Under the pieces are notes generated by a model, which had not been told where the DNA came from, searched no databases, and was given only the letters and a program-made list of their open reading frames with translations. The position numbers and the translations under genes are program-made. From assembly GCA_973895155.1 (NCBI GenBank), contig OZ316896.1:2790001-2854000 (forward strand): a DNA stretch of 64,000 nucleotides, read 5' to 3'. This DNA comes from Marsupella aquatica (taxonomy: Eukaryota > Plantae > Marchantiophyta). Positions 1 through 12,289 of this stretch are shown piece by piece. Numbering within the stretch: position 1 is the stretch's first letter; every line of letters begins with the position of its first letter.

Positions 1-320
1 TATTATACATGAGTTTTCATTATAATTTGACTCAGCAATGTCAAATAAAAAATTATTGCCGGGAAAATTTTATATTTTGAATAAAATCAAAATGTAAATA
101 AAACCATTACTTTTGTCTTTTGATTTGCATGTCAGTTTTTGTTACATTCTTTTTTACGGCATGATATCCCAGTTTTTACAACAAAGTTGTCACAAACACG
201 AATGCAAAAGTTAATTCTATCCAAAAACAAGTCTCTTCCTGTTTGCAACGTGCCATGATGATGTGGTGCACTGTGGAGCCAGGAATTTTGGAAGGACCCC
301 TAATGGGGGTCTGTAAACAT
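1..320 (-). repeat. Diverged partial copy, in inverted orientation, of the TE-like repeat at 20893-21732 and 22714-23543
   Basis: gccaggaattttggaaggacccctaatgggggtctgtaaa (278-317) and acaaacacgaatgcaaaag (~192-210) match the reverse complement of 20893-21030. Confidence 0.7.
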
Positions 321-2711
321 AAATCAAGACACATGATTTCCAAATCACTTGGCACATGATATCTAAATCACTTGGTTTTGGTTTGTACATTATAAATATA
401 CTGTATTGGTTTATGTTCTGGTGTACAGACCAAGTTTATGTTCTGGTGTACGGGCCGGTGTACGGGCCAAGTTTATGTGTTGCCCCACAAGTAAACTTTT
501 CATGGTCCGTCAAGGCTAAACCGGGTGACGAGGGAATGCTCCTCTGCTTTTCAAACGCTGCAGGTGACCATTAGCTTAGGTGAGAGCATTTTAATTAAAG
601 TACCGTCAGTCGAGTGAAATTATGTACCATTTAAGCTCTGGCAGATACAGACAGCACAGATTATTCAAGGAACAAAATTAACACTCCAAATGGTTTAAGG
701 CCCGCAAATACGGAACGGGGATATCCCTTTATGTGTATGGTCTACCCACTTATGTGGGGAGACCTAACATGGGAGACTACTATATATGTCATAAAGGGAT
801 AAGTCCAACCTTAACAACATTATGTTAAGATTGTCAAACATTTACAAAACTTACTTTGCCATGTGTAATGACAACATCCTGAGCATCCAGCTATTGCTTT
901 TGCAAACATATGAGCCTAGCAGACCTTATATTCACATGGTTCATTTTTTAATGAGATAGAATCCTTGAGAAAATGTGCTGATGTGTTGGGTATGAGTGAA
1001 CCAGAGCCTGACGACCTTAACGCTCTTGGTAGTCCCCGCCTACCTCTCATGTCCTCACTTCTAGGAGTAACGTGTTCAACATTTAATGGTGTACTTCAAG
1101 TCCTGAGTGCACGTTCTGTGTGCTCCCCGACCCCGGGGTCCTCACCTCTTTTCTTCCAACCCATCATGCGCAAATAAGTATAGGGTTTTTTTATTGTGTT
1201 TAGTGAAAGAGTATTAAATTTTTGTTGAAGAACATTAGGGTTGTTTTATTTTAGTTTTGAGAATTATAAGAATCGTAGGGTTTTCTAAACCAAATTTGAG
1301 AAGATTCCAAGAATATTCCACTAAATTAGAGGTAAATACTTTATTGACTTTAGTTCTAGGGTGTTTATTCCCCCAAAACTTTGTGCATTATATGGGCTAC
1401 CCTTTGGATTGAGGTCCTTGAGTCCATGACCCAAAAGCACACCGAGTAAGACGACTATAAAATCTTTTGTCATTATACCTTGGATTTGTGAGCATCAAGA
1501 AAAATCAACCCCGTGGAGGTGTTAGCTTTGATCCAATCTTACCAGCAACTCCTCCATAGCCATGCCTGTTGTCCTGAGCTTTGAGCGAGTAGCTCTTCGT
1601 TCCAAAGACAGCTGAAAGGCCCTAGTAAACTCAAAATCTTTCAATGCTTTGTAAGTATGAGGTGATGCAAATAGACTGCAGTTTTCCAATCAATGCTGTA
1701 AAGTATTAACTAGATATACATTAACAATTATCGCATTCTGAATGCTAGGATAAGAAACTTGACCTTTTGGATACACCAGCCATATCTACCAATTAATAAG
1801 AAACTTGACCTTTTGGGATTAGTGACTCTATGGCATGTGGGGCCTCTTTGGTCTTCTTGGGGTCTTCCCTTTTTCTCATTCCCCCCTTTATTGGATCTTT
1901 TGCCTATGGGATCGTGTTTGACATGGTTTGTTCTTTGACAGTTTGATCCATACTTTGGGACCCTGTTTGGGATATGTGAGTCAGATCTCCCAATAAATAA
2001 TATAGTAGTCTTATGTTTGAGCAAGAGGAGTTCTATCATCATGATCATCATATAAATATAAATAAACAAATAAATATATAAGGACTGGGAAAATTTGGGA
2101 AAATCAAAAGAGCAAAAAAAGCCTCTGACTGAGAGCCACTAAACCCGGGAGTCATAATGGCAAAAGAAGTAAAACCTTAGTGAGCCACAAACTTAAGCAT
2201 AATTATCTAGAAAGTGTGTAATGAGTCTCTACTGAATTATTCAAATAAAAGATAGAATGATATGAATGTATTGTTATTTAGTTAGAGCTAGAACCCATGA
2301 CAAGGTTTTCCAAAGTTCCTAGTCTGTTGTTTCACCTCTTGGGGAATTGCCTAGTATACAGTCCCTAAAACTTGTGAGGGCAAACTAATAAAATTTGAAA
2401 AACTAAATTCAATTAAAAAACCCTTGTGCCCTTAATTATACAAATTTGACAATATTTTAAATACTTGGCCCCTTGCTGAATATAAAAAATTATGTTTATA
2501 CCAAAATTGAATTTTTGTATGCTTTTAGTATAAATATTTGATTATGATTATTTATTATCTCAACAATATTAAAAATAAACTTCCTATGTTTGCACACTGT
2601 TCTAATAATTCAATGAGTGATTACCTGGGGTTGCACCATGTCAACCATTTTTGCCACAACCATCCTCATTCCTGTAGAAAACTCTTCTTTCCTGAATATT
2701 CAAATTTTTTT

Positions 2712-3657
2712 TGAAGATTAATGGGACTTGTACTAAATGTACTATTGAGTGTCTCTTTTGACTATTTTCCTTAAAAGTGTTTTATCCATAAATTGTCATC
2801 AAGAGTCCCAAATTAAGAACTTGGATTTAATGTAATCAATACAAGTCCAAAGGGTGACACTTGTAAAAACTCTTCATCATTAATAAGATTCCTAGACCCA
2901 ATATTTAGGTCATTACTTAAGAACATCATATTTGATAAGGATACATGAATATATATATTATATCTAATTATTGACAAAAATTTATGTCATTTTTATAAAT
3001 TAATTATGATTATTTTTTACAAAAATTGTAAAACTTTTTTTTAAGTTAATTTGAATCGATAAAAAATATTCTATATGTCTTAAGATGTATACCATAAAAA
3101 CTTGTGTGCATCATTTTTGGTTTTATAAATTATTTTTACTCATAGTACACAACTGGTTCAAGGTATTGTTTCTTAAGATTATACCTATTCTTATAGTGGC
3201 CTAACCTTGAACTAGTGGTGTAATAGGTGAAAACAATTTAACAAACCAAAATTGATGCACACAAATTTTATTGGAATATATTGACTTATTAAATATTTTT
3301 TATCAATTGAAATCAATCTTAAAAAAAGTTTAATATTTTTTGTAAAATCTAATCATAATTAATTTATAAAAATGATATAAATTTTTTCAATAACTAAATA
3401 CAAGATATATATTCTTGTATCTTTATTAGACATAATATTTTTAACTAACTCAGACAAAAGGTGTGAAATGTTTTTCATGAGGGTGAACTTGTCTTATATA
3501 CAAGTGTCATACTTTGAATTTGTGAGTGGTTATATTTAATTCAATCCAATTTGGGTGTCTCCATGAAAATTTATGAATAAAACTAATATTATCTAATAGA
3601 AACAGTTCAAAGAAACACTCAAAAATTACATTTGAATCCCAATTACATTAATCTTAT
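2712..3657. mobile_element. AT-rich foldback element with long inverted repeats (MITE/Mutator-like), arms of about 450 bp
   Basis: Arms at ~2712-3165 and ~3205-3657 are imperfect reverse complements, e.g. tcatttttataaattaattatgatta vs taatcataattaatttataaaaatga, ttgtgtgcatca vs tgatgcacacaa, gttcaaggt vs accttgaac; no ORF. Confidence 0.8.
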
Positions 3658-4020
3658 GATTTTTAGTCAATACTTAGTACAGAAGTATTTTCTAGGAGGC
3701 CTCTCTTAACACGAGATCCCGGAGATGCCCAACTTCTAGAAATCAGGTCATAAGTCAGGGAGAGGTGTGTTTCTATTTTGGTAGCCAAAAACACGAGATT
3801 GGATGCGGCCAACATGCGCGAGATTGCAAGACACATAATTTTTTTTGTATGCAATGGTGTAACGTGAGGAGTTGTTGACTGAATGCATCCACCAGAAATA
3901 CTGACCATGACAAGAGAGTCGCAGATACCCCCGCAATGTTTTGAAAACCTCGTCTCTCATATTGAGGCTAGAGATTAATCTGAAATCTACCTAAAATTCT
4001 TACCTCAGACATCTTCTAGA

Positions 4021-4228
4021 TCAAGTATACCACTTACAATCCGACATGATCTTTCTAGCTGTGTCAAGTATTCCACTTACAAACAGATACATGCTCTCAC
4101 ACCTACGAACTTGCCATAATTGACATCTGGTTCTTGTATAGTACTGTCAAGTATACGACGACTTACAAACAAATATATGCTCGCACACGTACCTACAAGC
4201 TTTTTATAATTGACATCTGGTTCTTGTA
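4021..4228. repeat. Degenerate tandem repeat, unit about 85 bp, about 2.5 copies
   Basis: tcaagtat...acttacaa occurs three times; ataattgacatctggttcttgta occurs twice. Confidence 0.75.
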
Positions 4229-4244
4229 CGTACATTGGATTCCA

Positions 4245-7235
4245 ATTGAACTTTTAAAGGACGCTCACTGTCACTTTGATCAGGAAACGATGAGAGGATA
4301 GATAAACTGTCGACAAGGACTGAATTGGTGCTCTGCTAATTCTGATTTTCTACACTCAGGGCTGTGGATTGTCATGAGCTCCACTGACCTTGTCCATATT
4401 AAAAGTGTAGATCATACTCCGAAAGCAAATTGGGAGTGGTTTAGAGATATGGATTTGCAGCACATCTTGGTGTCCGATCTGTATACAGAATTCCATGAGA
4501 GAGTCATTTCGTCAACTCCTGTCCTATTTTACTACTATCACATATCAAATGCGGGATCGAATGTTAAAAAATTTACATAAGAAACTGTCCGGGTACGGTT
4601 TGCTTCCAAGCATAGTAAACGAACTTCGGGCGTACTTCAGCTTCTCTCCCAATATGTTTCACATGATTTCTATTCTGATGATATACTATATATGTTCCGG
4701 ACAACAGTGCACAAAAGTCGGCTATGGCAGCGATTCGATCCCGCAAAGTTACTGTATTGACCTGCACTGTCAACAGCTTTCGATGGTAAATATGTCTTGA
4801 CCGTAGGCTGCGTCTGGAACACTTCAATCACAAGCTTCTCGAAAGCTGCAATTGATCCAGACCGTTAGGCAGTAAGCTATATCTTGCTAGAAAATGGTGG
4901 AAAAACACTACTGTACGTAGCTTTCTCGATCAGACAGAACATGGAATGTACGCCATCGCTGGTCATATATGCTACCTTCCATCTGGAAGCACACTATTCA
5001 ACGATTTACAGGGTACTGCTGTTAAAAGAAAAGTAGACGAAAGATTCATCCATCCAAACAATGATGGACGATTTACCAGTGATCAAGTTGAGACTATCGT
5101 ACTCTTGTACGTCGTCATTGAATTTACAACTCTCCTTATATAATTATATAGATTTGGCAACAACAACGAATTAATAGATATTGTAGAATCGTCCCGGAAT
5201 ATATGAAGGAAGCTAGCACAAAACCTGGCCACTCTCAGTATGTTAATCGCAAAGCCACTAGTTCCCAACCTCGATCATTTCATATCCAAGGCACCTCGAT
5301 CTAATCCTATAAATTGCAGGATCGAGGAACTCTTAAATGACAGTCTGCTTTCATTACACTCGGTAGCCCAGAACCGATCATTCATTGAAGCTTACTGTAA
5401 ATCAAATGTGATCGAATCGTTGGGATATATAGCCGGAGCGTAAGCTAGTTCTCCATGTTATAAGTCATGGAGAACTTTTAAGCAAAAGTGGGAGCTTTTG
5501 GTCGCCAAGGTGCGAGCACCTTAAGCCAACCTGTGGACACGTCTGCAGATGGCCCTGGCCTTAAAAACATCTAAAAGAGAAAAGAGATTGTTGATGATAA
5601 GATTATCGAGTGGATCTAAAAAAGAAAACAGTGTAACACCATCACCTTCCTCGGTTCTGAGCACTTGGTTCCAGTAATCCAACTAGAGCTCCTCTTCTCC
5701 AGCCATATGTTGTGTAGATCTCAATTCTTCGTTGGAGACAGATTTCACAGGCCATAAGAGTCTGATCCCTCAGTGCAAACGACCTTCAACCTTAACTGGG
5801 ACGTCGGACTAGTGGTCCGATACTTCCTACCATGTTTGGCGTAAGTAGCAGTGGTGCGATATTAAAGGCGGAGCTAGGAGGTCAACGATGGCGGTTGCAA
5901 ATATTCCATCTAGTCCTTTCACCTCGAGCTCAACCCTTCTTATCGCACCTGTGCTACATCCAAAGCAAAGAGCGACTAATAAAATGCAATGTATGCATGG
6001 ACTTGAGCTTCCACAATAAGTCACCCACACCCACAGAAGGAAGAATGCAGCTCAAGTGAATTCAGAGGCTTCACCAGTCATCCGTTGATTTCGTGTCCTG
6101 CAGTCCATCAGAAGCTGAGCTCAACATTTCAGAAGATTAACTTCTGATAGAGTCCAGGTCAGGAACTAGCAGGACCGAAATTCTGAGAGGCTTTAAATCC
6201 CAATCCGTAAATTTCAGTTCCTGCATTCGACCAGAAAGATAAGCAAAGTTTCAGAAAGTTACGTTCTGATGCAGTGCAGGACAGGAACTCGATCACGAGG
6301 CGACCTAATTTCTGGCTTCGAAGGGATTCTGAGTACTTCGTCCCATCCCCGGCCCGTTCGATCAACCTGTCCGTCGCACGCTGGAAAGACCAGTCGGAAG
6401 AACCGCTAATTAAAGCGAGTTTCAGGCAGACATCGCTATTAGTCGATCAAGACCCCCATCAAGACCATCAGCAATATGATCTCCTATTGAGATTCCAACA
6501 AGAGTCGATCTGGCATGGGATGCGATAGAGCTTGAGTCGACATTGGTTGGGAAGAAGTGACGGAAATATTCGAGAAAAGAGCCAAAGATCTACCTTACGC
6601 ATGCCCTTCAGGAGAACGACCTTTTCGCTTCTTTTCATCGTTACTTCAAGTTGCTTACGTTCGACTCAGCGTTGATGAATTGAAAATCGTGCAGACAAGC
6701 CCTTGCAACTGTCTTGCTCGTGGAGCGCAAGATGTTTCAAGCTGTCGCCCTCTACTCAAGGTAGCTCGACGGTGTACACATTCGTGAACTACGCTGAACA
6801 CTCCAAAAGGTTGAGCAATATGCATCATCAAAGCCAGCACCTCCCGACCTACTGTAGCGAGTGATCGACGGTGGTAGCCAACACCTTTAGCACCCAAGAT
6901 TTCAGCTCTAATGCACAACGAGCCCAAGATCGAGCTGTACTGCAGACGGTAGAGCGCATTTGAAATCGGACAAAAGTGAAGGTGAGGTATCCTGCAGGTG
7001 CAAATGAATATCATTTCACAAACATTGACAGCGATCAAGGCAAGACAGATCAAAGTTGAACTTACAGAACTTCAAGGCACACTCTAGTGCATGCAGTACG
7101 TGTCGACGTATCTTCGGTCCCAACGTCAGTCTGGGCTCTGAGTATCGACCTTCACATCCCTCCCGCGCTCACATGAACATTTGCCATCGATCAACTTGAT
7201 GCACTCTTGCCGGCAAACAGAACACACCATATATG
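4245..7235 (-). ncRNA. Putative spliced non-coding Pol II transcript (pri-miRNA candidate), paralog A
   Basis: Colinear inverted homology to 17030-20027; conserved TATA box at 7257-7264; conserved polypyrimidine-AG acceptor at 5571-5572; no frame-preserving ORF shared with the paralog; contains the hairpin at 5835-5964; transcript ends are inferred. Confidence 0.55.
5835..5964 (-). ncRNA. miRNA-precursor-like hairpin A
   Basis: 5' arm GTAGCACAGGTGCGATAAGAAGGGTTGAGCT (5957-5927) pairs with 5845-5875 at 26 of 31 positions, with two symmetric 2x2 internal loops and G:U pairs on this strand; basal TTTGG/CCAAA stem. Confidence 0.7.
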
Positions 7236-7256
7236 CAATACAAGCAAATGCCGTTC

Positions 7257-7605
7257 TTTATATACTATCAAGACTTGAAAAGATCGCTAGAGGAGTTCTG
7301 AAAAATGGGGACAGTTTGGGAAGCCTGTGCATAGTGACTATTGAACGCGCGCTGTTCGATCAATTCCGATCCCGTCATCGTCCGGCCGTTGTATCTGCCA
7401 ATGGCCAGAGTTAACTGAATTACATAAGACCATCATGAGCTCTGTCGCCTTGTCTAGCTGTCGCTAACACTCCGTATCAACGCTTTGGCTGTTTGGCAAC
7501 AACAGCAAGACTAGCCATCCTAGCATGACATCCTAGCCTCGTCCCCAATCTTGTATTCAAGTCGTCTCCCTGAATGTTCAAAGGCTTCGACGTCACGGTT
7601 GCGTA
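7257..7605 (-). promoter_or_regulatory. Promoter of paralog A: TATA box, two TGTCGC motifs and a TTACG..TGACG pair
   Basis: TATATAAA on the - strand at 7257-7264; tgtcgc at 7443 and 7459; cgtca at 7591; same order as in 16674-17006. Confidence 0.55.
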
Positions 7606-10232
7606 ATCCAAAGCTATAGGGTAAAGGTACTAGGTTTTGACTGGAAGTCTCCTTTCGAAAAAGGCTTGGGAAGTGCGTATGACGTCATGCCAGCCACTGC
7701 ATGAATCATTTTGCCGAGTAAAGGTCCAGCTACGTTATAGCAAGAGTCGTAGGAAACTATTGCACTGACTGATGGCGTACTGTATCCGAGGTCCGACTTT
7801 TTGACATGTCCGCGCCGTGCCAGTTCCGAGAAAAGCCCATCAGAAAATCTGACGGTTCACAAGACACCTGCCTAAATAGGAAAATTGTTAGCCCTGAGGA
7901 TAATGTACACTCATAGCATACACTCTTGATTATTACGTTTGCTCGTAAACTTCCTCCACAATCTTACCTGACCTTGTCAGCATGTAAGTGAGAGACATGT
8001 GTGCATGTGCACCCAGAAGATTGATCCGGCGATTTTGGTCGATGAGCCAAATTTCGTTTGTCCGCGCTGCGGCAGGCAGCGAACAGTTGCAGGGCAGTAG
8101 TAGCTTGCTAGCTAGCGAATGCTCTGATGTAGGCTTGAACATGCCTAATATATATAAACACATTGACGAGCTCCCTTTGTAGCTATGAGTCTCCAAAAGT
8201 TAGTTAAGTTGGAACGTGGCTACTTAATTTGAATCAAAAGGTTATTTATTCTAGTTAGCTTCCAAATTAACCAATGCAAAAAATCAGCCAAGCCCTGAAC
8301 CAAAAGTCTATCAACGAAGGAAAGAACTTTCAATCGATCGACATAACGCGAGAATTTGCATCAATCTTCCGTTCATACAAAATTGAATGCTACTAAAATC
8401 AAATTAGCAAAGTGATGAATTCTCGGTTTCAATGAGAACAACGAAGACTGCTGCACAGTACGTTCTACGTGTGTTTCAACTCAATGCTGCTTTGTTTAGT
8501 GTGCACTCATCCAATCCCGTTGCCGTATTCCCGAGAGACTAGAGATGGGCTCCATTCCTTCTATTGCAAATTAAGTTTTTGAACTGGTCCGAGGAGGGGA
8601 CACTAAATTTGAGCACCTAGTATATTATTCCTTTTAAGATAATGAATGCGAGGTTGATACTGTGTCCGACTGTTCGATAAAGCGATCTTGACTCCCGTCT
8701 TAACTGTCTAATGAAACACGTGAGTATGTCTACTTTAGTCGCGTCTGGTTGGAATTTGAACTCTACTAATAAATCAATCATCCATACCAGAATTGCACAA
8801 AGGCCAACGAACGTAATTAATTAATTCTCTTTGGAACTGAGTATGATTTCGAAGTCTACCGCCGAATTGTAAACAAAGGCAGGCAGCTAATCAGTTGAAG
8901 TGTCTTGAAGTCAACCCTGCCACTCATTTCGGGAAGGATAGGTAAAGGGAACTATTTCCGCTGAACTCAGAGTGGACCGGACCTGTCTAGCTAGCTTAGT
9001 GGAAAACATTCTTGATATTTTGTTGTAGATCATCTTGAATTTGGAAACAAGGGGGGTACTTTAAACCACACCTGCCTGTAGCTCTCATTCTAAAGAGTAC
9101 AAGTTCAGAAATGTACTTTGAGCTCCACAAAAGGTGCTGATTGTAAAATCGTTTTTTGGACTCCACAATAGGTGCTAATGTTATGTTAGTGTTCACCTTT
9201 TATGGTGAGTAATGAGACATAGAATGAGGCTTTTATAGTGGGAGGTGTGGTTTAAGCCAAAATAAGGTTCGCATAGCTTTTGAAAGGTTCTCAATTCAAA
9301 GACAGCAAATCTTAATCCGACGGTATCCTAAATCAGATTACTCCATGTGGAGTGCCTGGATCGCAAAATTCTCTAAGAACACTTGATTTCAATGCAAAGA
9401 GATAATGAATGGACGCTAAGAAGACGTACCGGCCACTGCTCCAAATATCATTTGTTAGTCCAATATAACTAAGAGAGTAGATGGTCCCTGGAGATATCTT
9501 TGTTGTCATACGGTCAATCGGTACAGAAAAAATTAATTCACTGCCCCAATGATACTGACCCGAACGTTGTGGACGGGATAATGCATTGACTTCATTGTCA
9601 CAATCCAAGATCTAGCGATCGGAAACAGGTAAGAATGGGTTTGATATGTACTGTCAAGTTCTAGTGAACTCTAGTTTTTAAGTTGGAGCACGAAGTGTAG
9701 CTCGATCCACCGAGTGTTGTGCGTTCTCAATATTCTGACATGAAGTTCGCAATGGTTTTACTACGTTTTTTGAACATGATGATCATTATCAATGATACTT
9801 AAAATATCTGAGAGAGAAGGCAGCTACGACAGATCAAAAGAAATGATTATTAAGCAAAATCAAGCTCGAAAGTGCACATAAGAAAGGTAGGTGCTTATTG
9901 TCTTCCGAGAAGGCCCCAATGTTGAAATTTATATGCTTAATTAGACGCGTGCCATACCTTCCAATGTTGGCAGAATTTCGTTGCTGCTTCCAAGCACTTC
10001 TTTGACCTTTAGACATATATAGGACAAAATTTAGAATCGAGGGCTTGCCAGAGTCATGTTCGACGAGCTCCGGATCGATAATAGGTTACATTTAATTTGT
10101 GTTTGTCAGCATCTGAAATTTCTTTCTTCAAACCACGACAACCCAACCGGCGCTACTGTAGTGACGGAGTTTTAAGTCCCGCGTGGTTTTTGAGCGTCAC
10201 TTGTGACGACTACGAGTACAGTCTCCCTTAGC

Positions 10233-10338
10233 AGACACAGTGATTCATATGCATGTATGCTCGAGGAAGAGTAGGCGGACATTTCCAGCACAGTGATTCA
10301 TTCAATGCTCGAGGAAAGAGTAGGCAGACATTTTCAGC
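10233..10338. repeat. Local tandem duplication of about 50 bp
   Basis: cacagtgattcat...atgctcgagga(a)agagtaggc(g/a)gacattt occurs twice. Confidence 0.75.
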
Positions 10339-12289
10339 GCTGTTGAATGAGCATTATTGACACGCTTAGAACTCATGCGCCTACAATCTCATTCAGTATC
10401 ATGCGTTGGTTTATACGGCTAGATTCGCAAATTTGAAAGTGCGACAATGGAACTTGAATTCACAACCTCTTCATATTTGTTTATAAGCCTTGAATTTTCT
10501 TACAGCCTCTCACATTTGTTTGAGACAAGCAGACTTGACCTCTCGAAATCTTCCCTCAAGGTATCGGTTGACTTATATCCGAAACATCTGAGTGAATAGG
10601 TGCTGCTTTTGCGGACTGAGTTTTATGGAATGCTCGTCGCTATCCATGGCTACTCACCATTACACGAGTGCCCTTTAACTGTAATCTATGTGCCACATCG
10701 ATCCATTATTCTTGGGATCGAGGCTAACTACTAAGTTGCAAGCATTGTACTAATTGTCGAGGACAGAAATAGCTTGAATTTTTCGTTTATCAAAATCCCC
10801 AAATTAGATTCGCGGCTTACGTAACCACCCAAAGAAGATCATTTACCGTGGTGACTGAGTAGAAATTCATTAAAATGCCGTGAATCGTGTTCCATGCTGA
10901 ATACAATAGTAGATCGGTAGGGAGATCAGCTATCATTACTAAGTCAGCCATGACTTATATATGTCCATTGTTAAGTCGCTGGAAAGGAGTCTAGCTGGTA
11001 CCCGCACGCAAGGAAGAACAGACCCCAAGCAAGAAAGGGACGCCCCCTGATCGATCGACGTCCTCGGCAATGTTCACTCAAGTGAGAACTTCAATTTGCG
11101 GACCAGATTGAATATATTGTGGTCAATCCTGCAAAAAGGTTGAGATTTAGTCAAGGATAGAATGTGACCATGGTCCAATGTGCCTCTTGGTGGTTCACTT
11201 CTAGATTAACACGAAGAGCACAACAAAACTGCATATTTGGCAAGGAAATTTTATGGAATTACTTTTATAATGCTGCGGGAGCATACATACAAGTCAAGCG
11301 TGTAACAGATTGCACCTTGGCGGCAATCTTACCTCTTGACATCCGTTTGGTTCAAGACGAAGCGCATTGGAAGGAAATTATCATTAATCCAAACTTGGTA
11401 CGTACGCAAAACGAAGTGGGTAATTTGTCGACCCTGAGTGACTTATTCGCGCAGCTACGGGGACCCAGCGTCGATCAGTAAGGCCTTGAAGGGGACTGTC
11501 AGCGGGAACTTGAAGGGCCGCGATGATCGTGGGATCGATTGCAATATTGGCATGCATGGCGAGTACAAGACAGCTTGAGGCAACTGTACTGTAATCCGAA
11601 AAGGGCGTACGTGGCTCAGATGCGGGGCAATTGACGGTGTCAGTGCCTGATATGACGGATGCTACTCTAGACTGAGCACATCTTCAGCCCCCAGTAAAGT
11701 AAAGTATGCGTTGAATGTGGGCAACAATTCAACAAGGCTGGTCTGGTACTCTGGTCAACAAGGGCTGCACGATTCGTCGGGATCCGGCAGACTCGCGGCC
11801 TCCCATACAAGATCATCTGTGTGGTGGGCTCGGTATCTTTTCGTTATGATTGAAACCATACGAGTCCTGAATTGAATTTGATTTCAATTTGCACCTCTAC
11901 GATCGAAAACTTGGATCCATAGTCTTCAATATCGGTGCTGTGCACGAGAGTGAAACACGTCTGGCGCAAACAAGACGCGAAATGTATGGTGTGAAGATAG
12001 GGAACGGATTCCTAGTTTGCTGGCACCGAAATTGTTCTAGAATCTGTTTGTGGCAGAGGGACGGTCAAATATAGGTGTGCCTCTCTAGTGAGATTCTCTT
12101 CGATAGTAGCAATCATATCCATTAGCATGGACACTAATCGAATAGTATCTGAAGGACTAGTTTTTTCTGTTATTCATGAAAGAGCTGCCTCCAAGGCCTG
12201 GGAGGAAAATAGATGGGACCCATCCAATATTTACTTACCAATTAAATAGTTTTGAATTATATATAAAGGTGCAAACAAACAAAAATACA

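Noticed and set aside
5827-6030. Minus-strand ORF with a signal-peptide-like stretch (CILLVALCFGCSTGAIRRVELE), a possible secreted peptide
   Set aside because: Non-ATG start; similarity to the paralog is confined to the invariant hairpin arm, which RNA structure explains better; no recognisable CLE, RALF or DVL motif
6655-7053. 132-aa ORF resembling ORFs at 17295-17551
   Set aside because: Matching peptides fall in different frames in the paralog, so the similarity is only at nucleotide level
10441-10470. T-arm/B-box-like string on the - strand
   Set aside because: No A box, no anticodon arm and no cloverleaf
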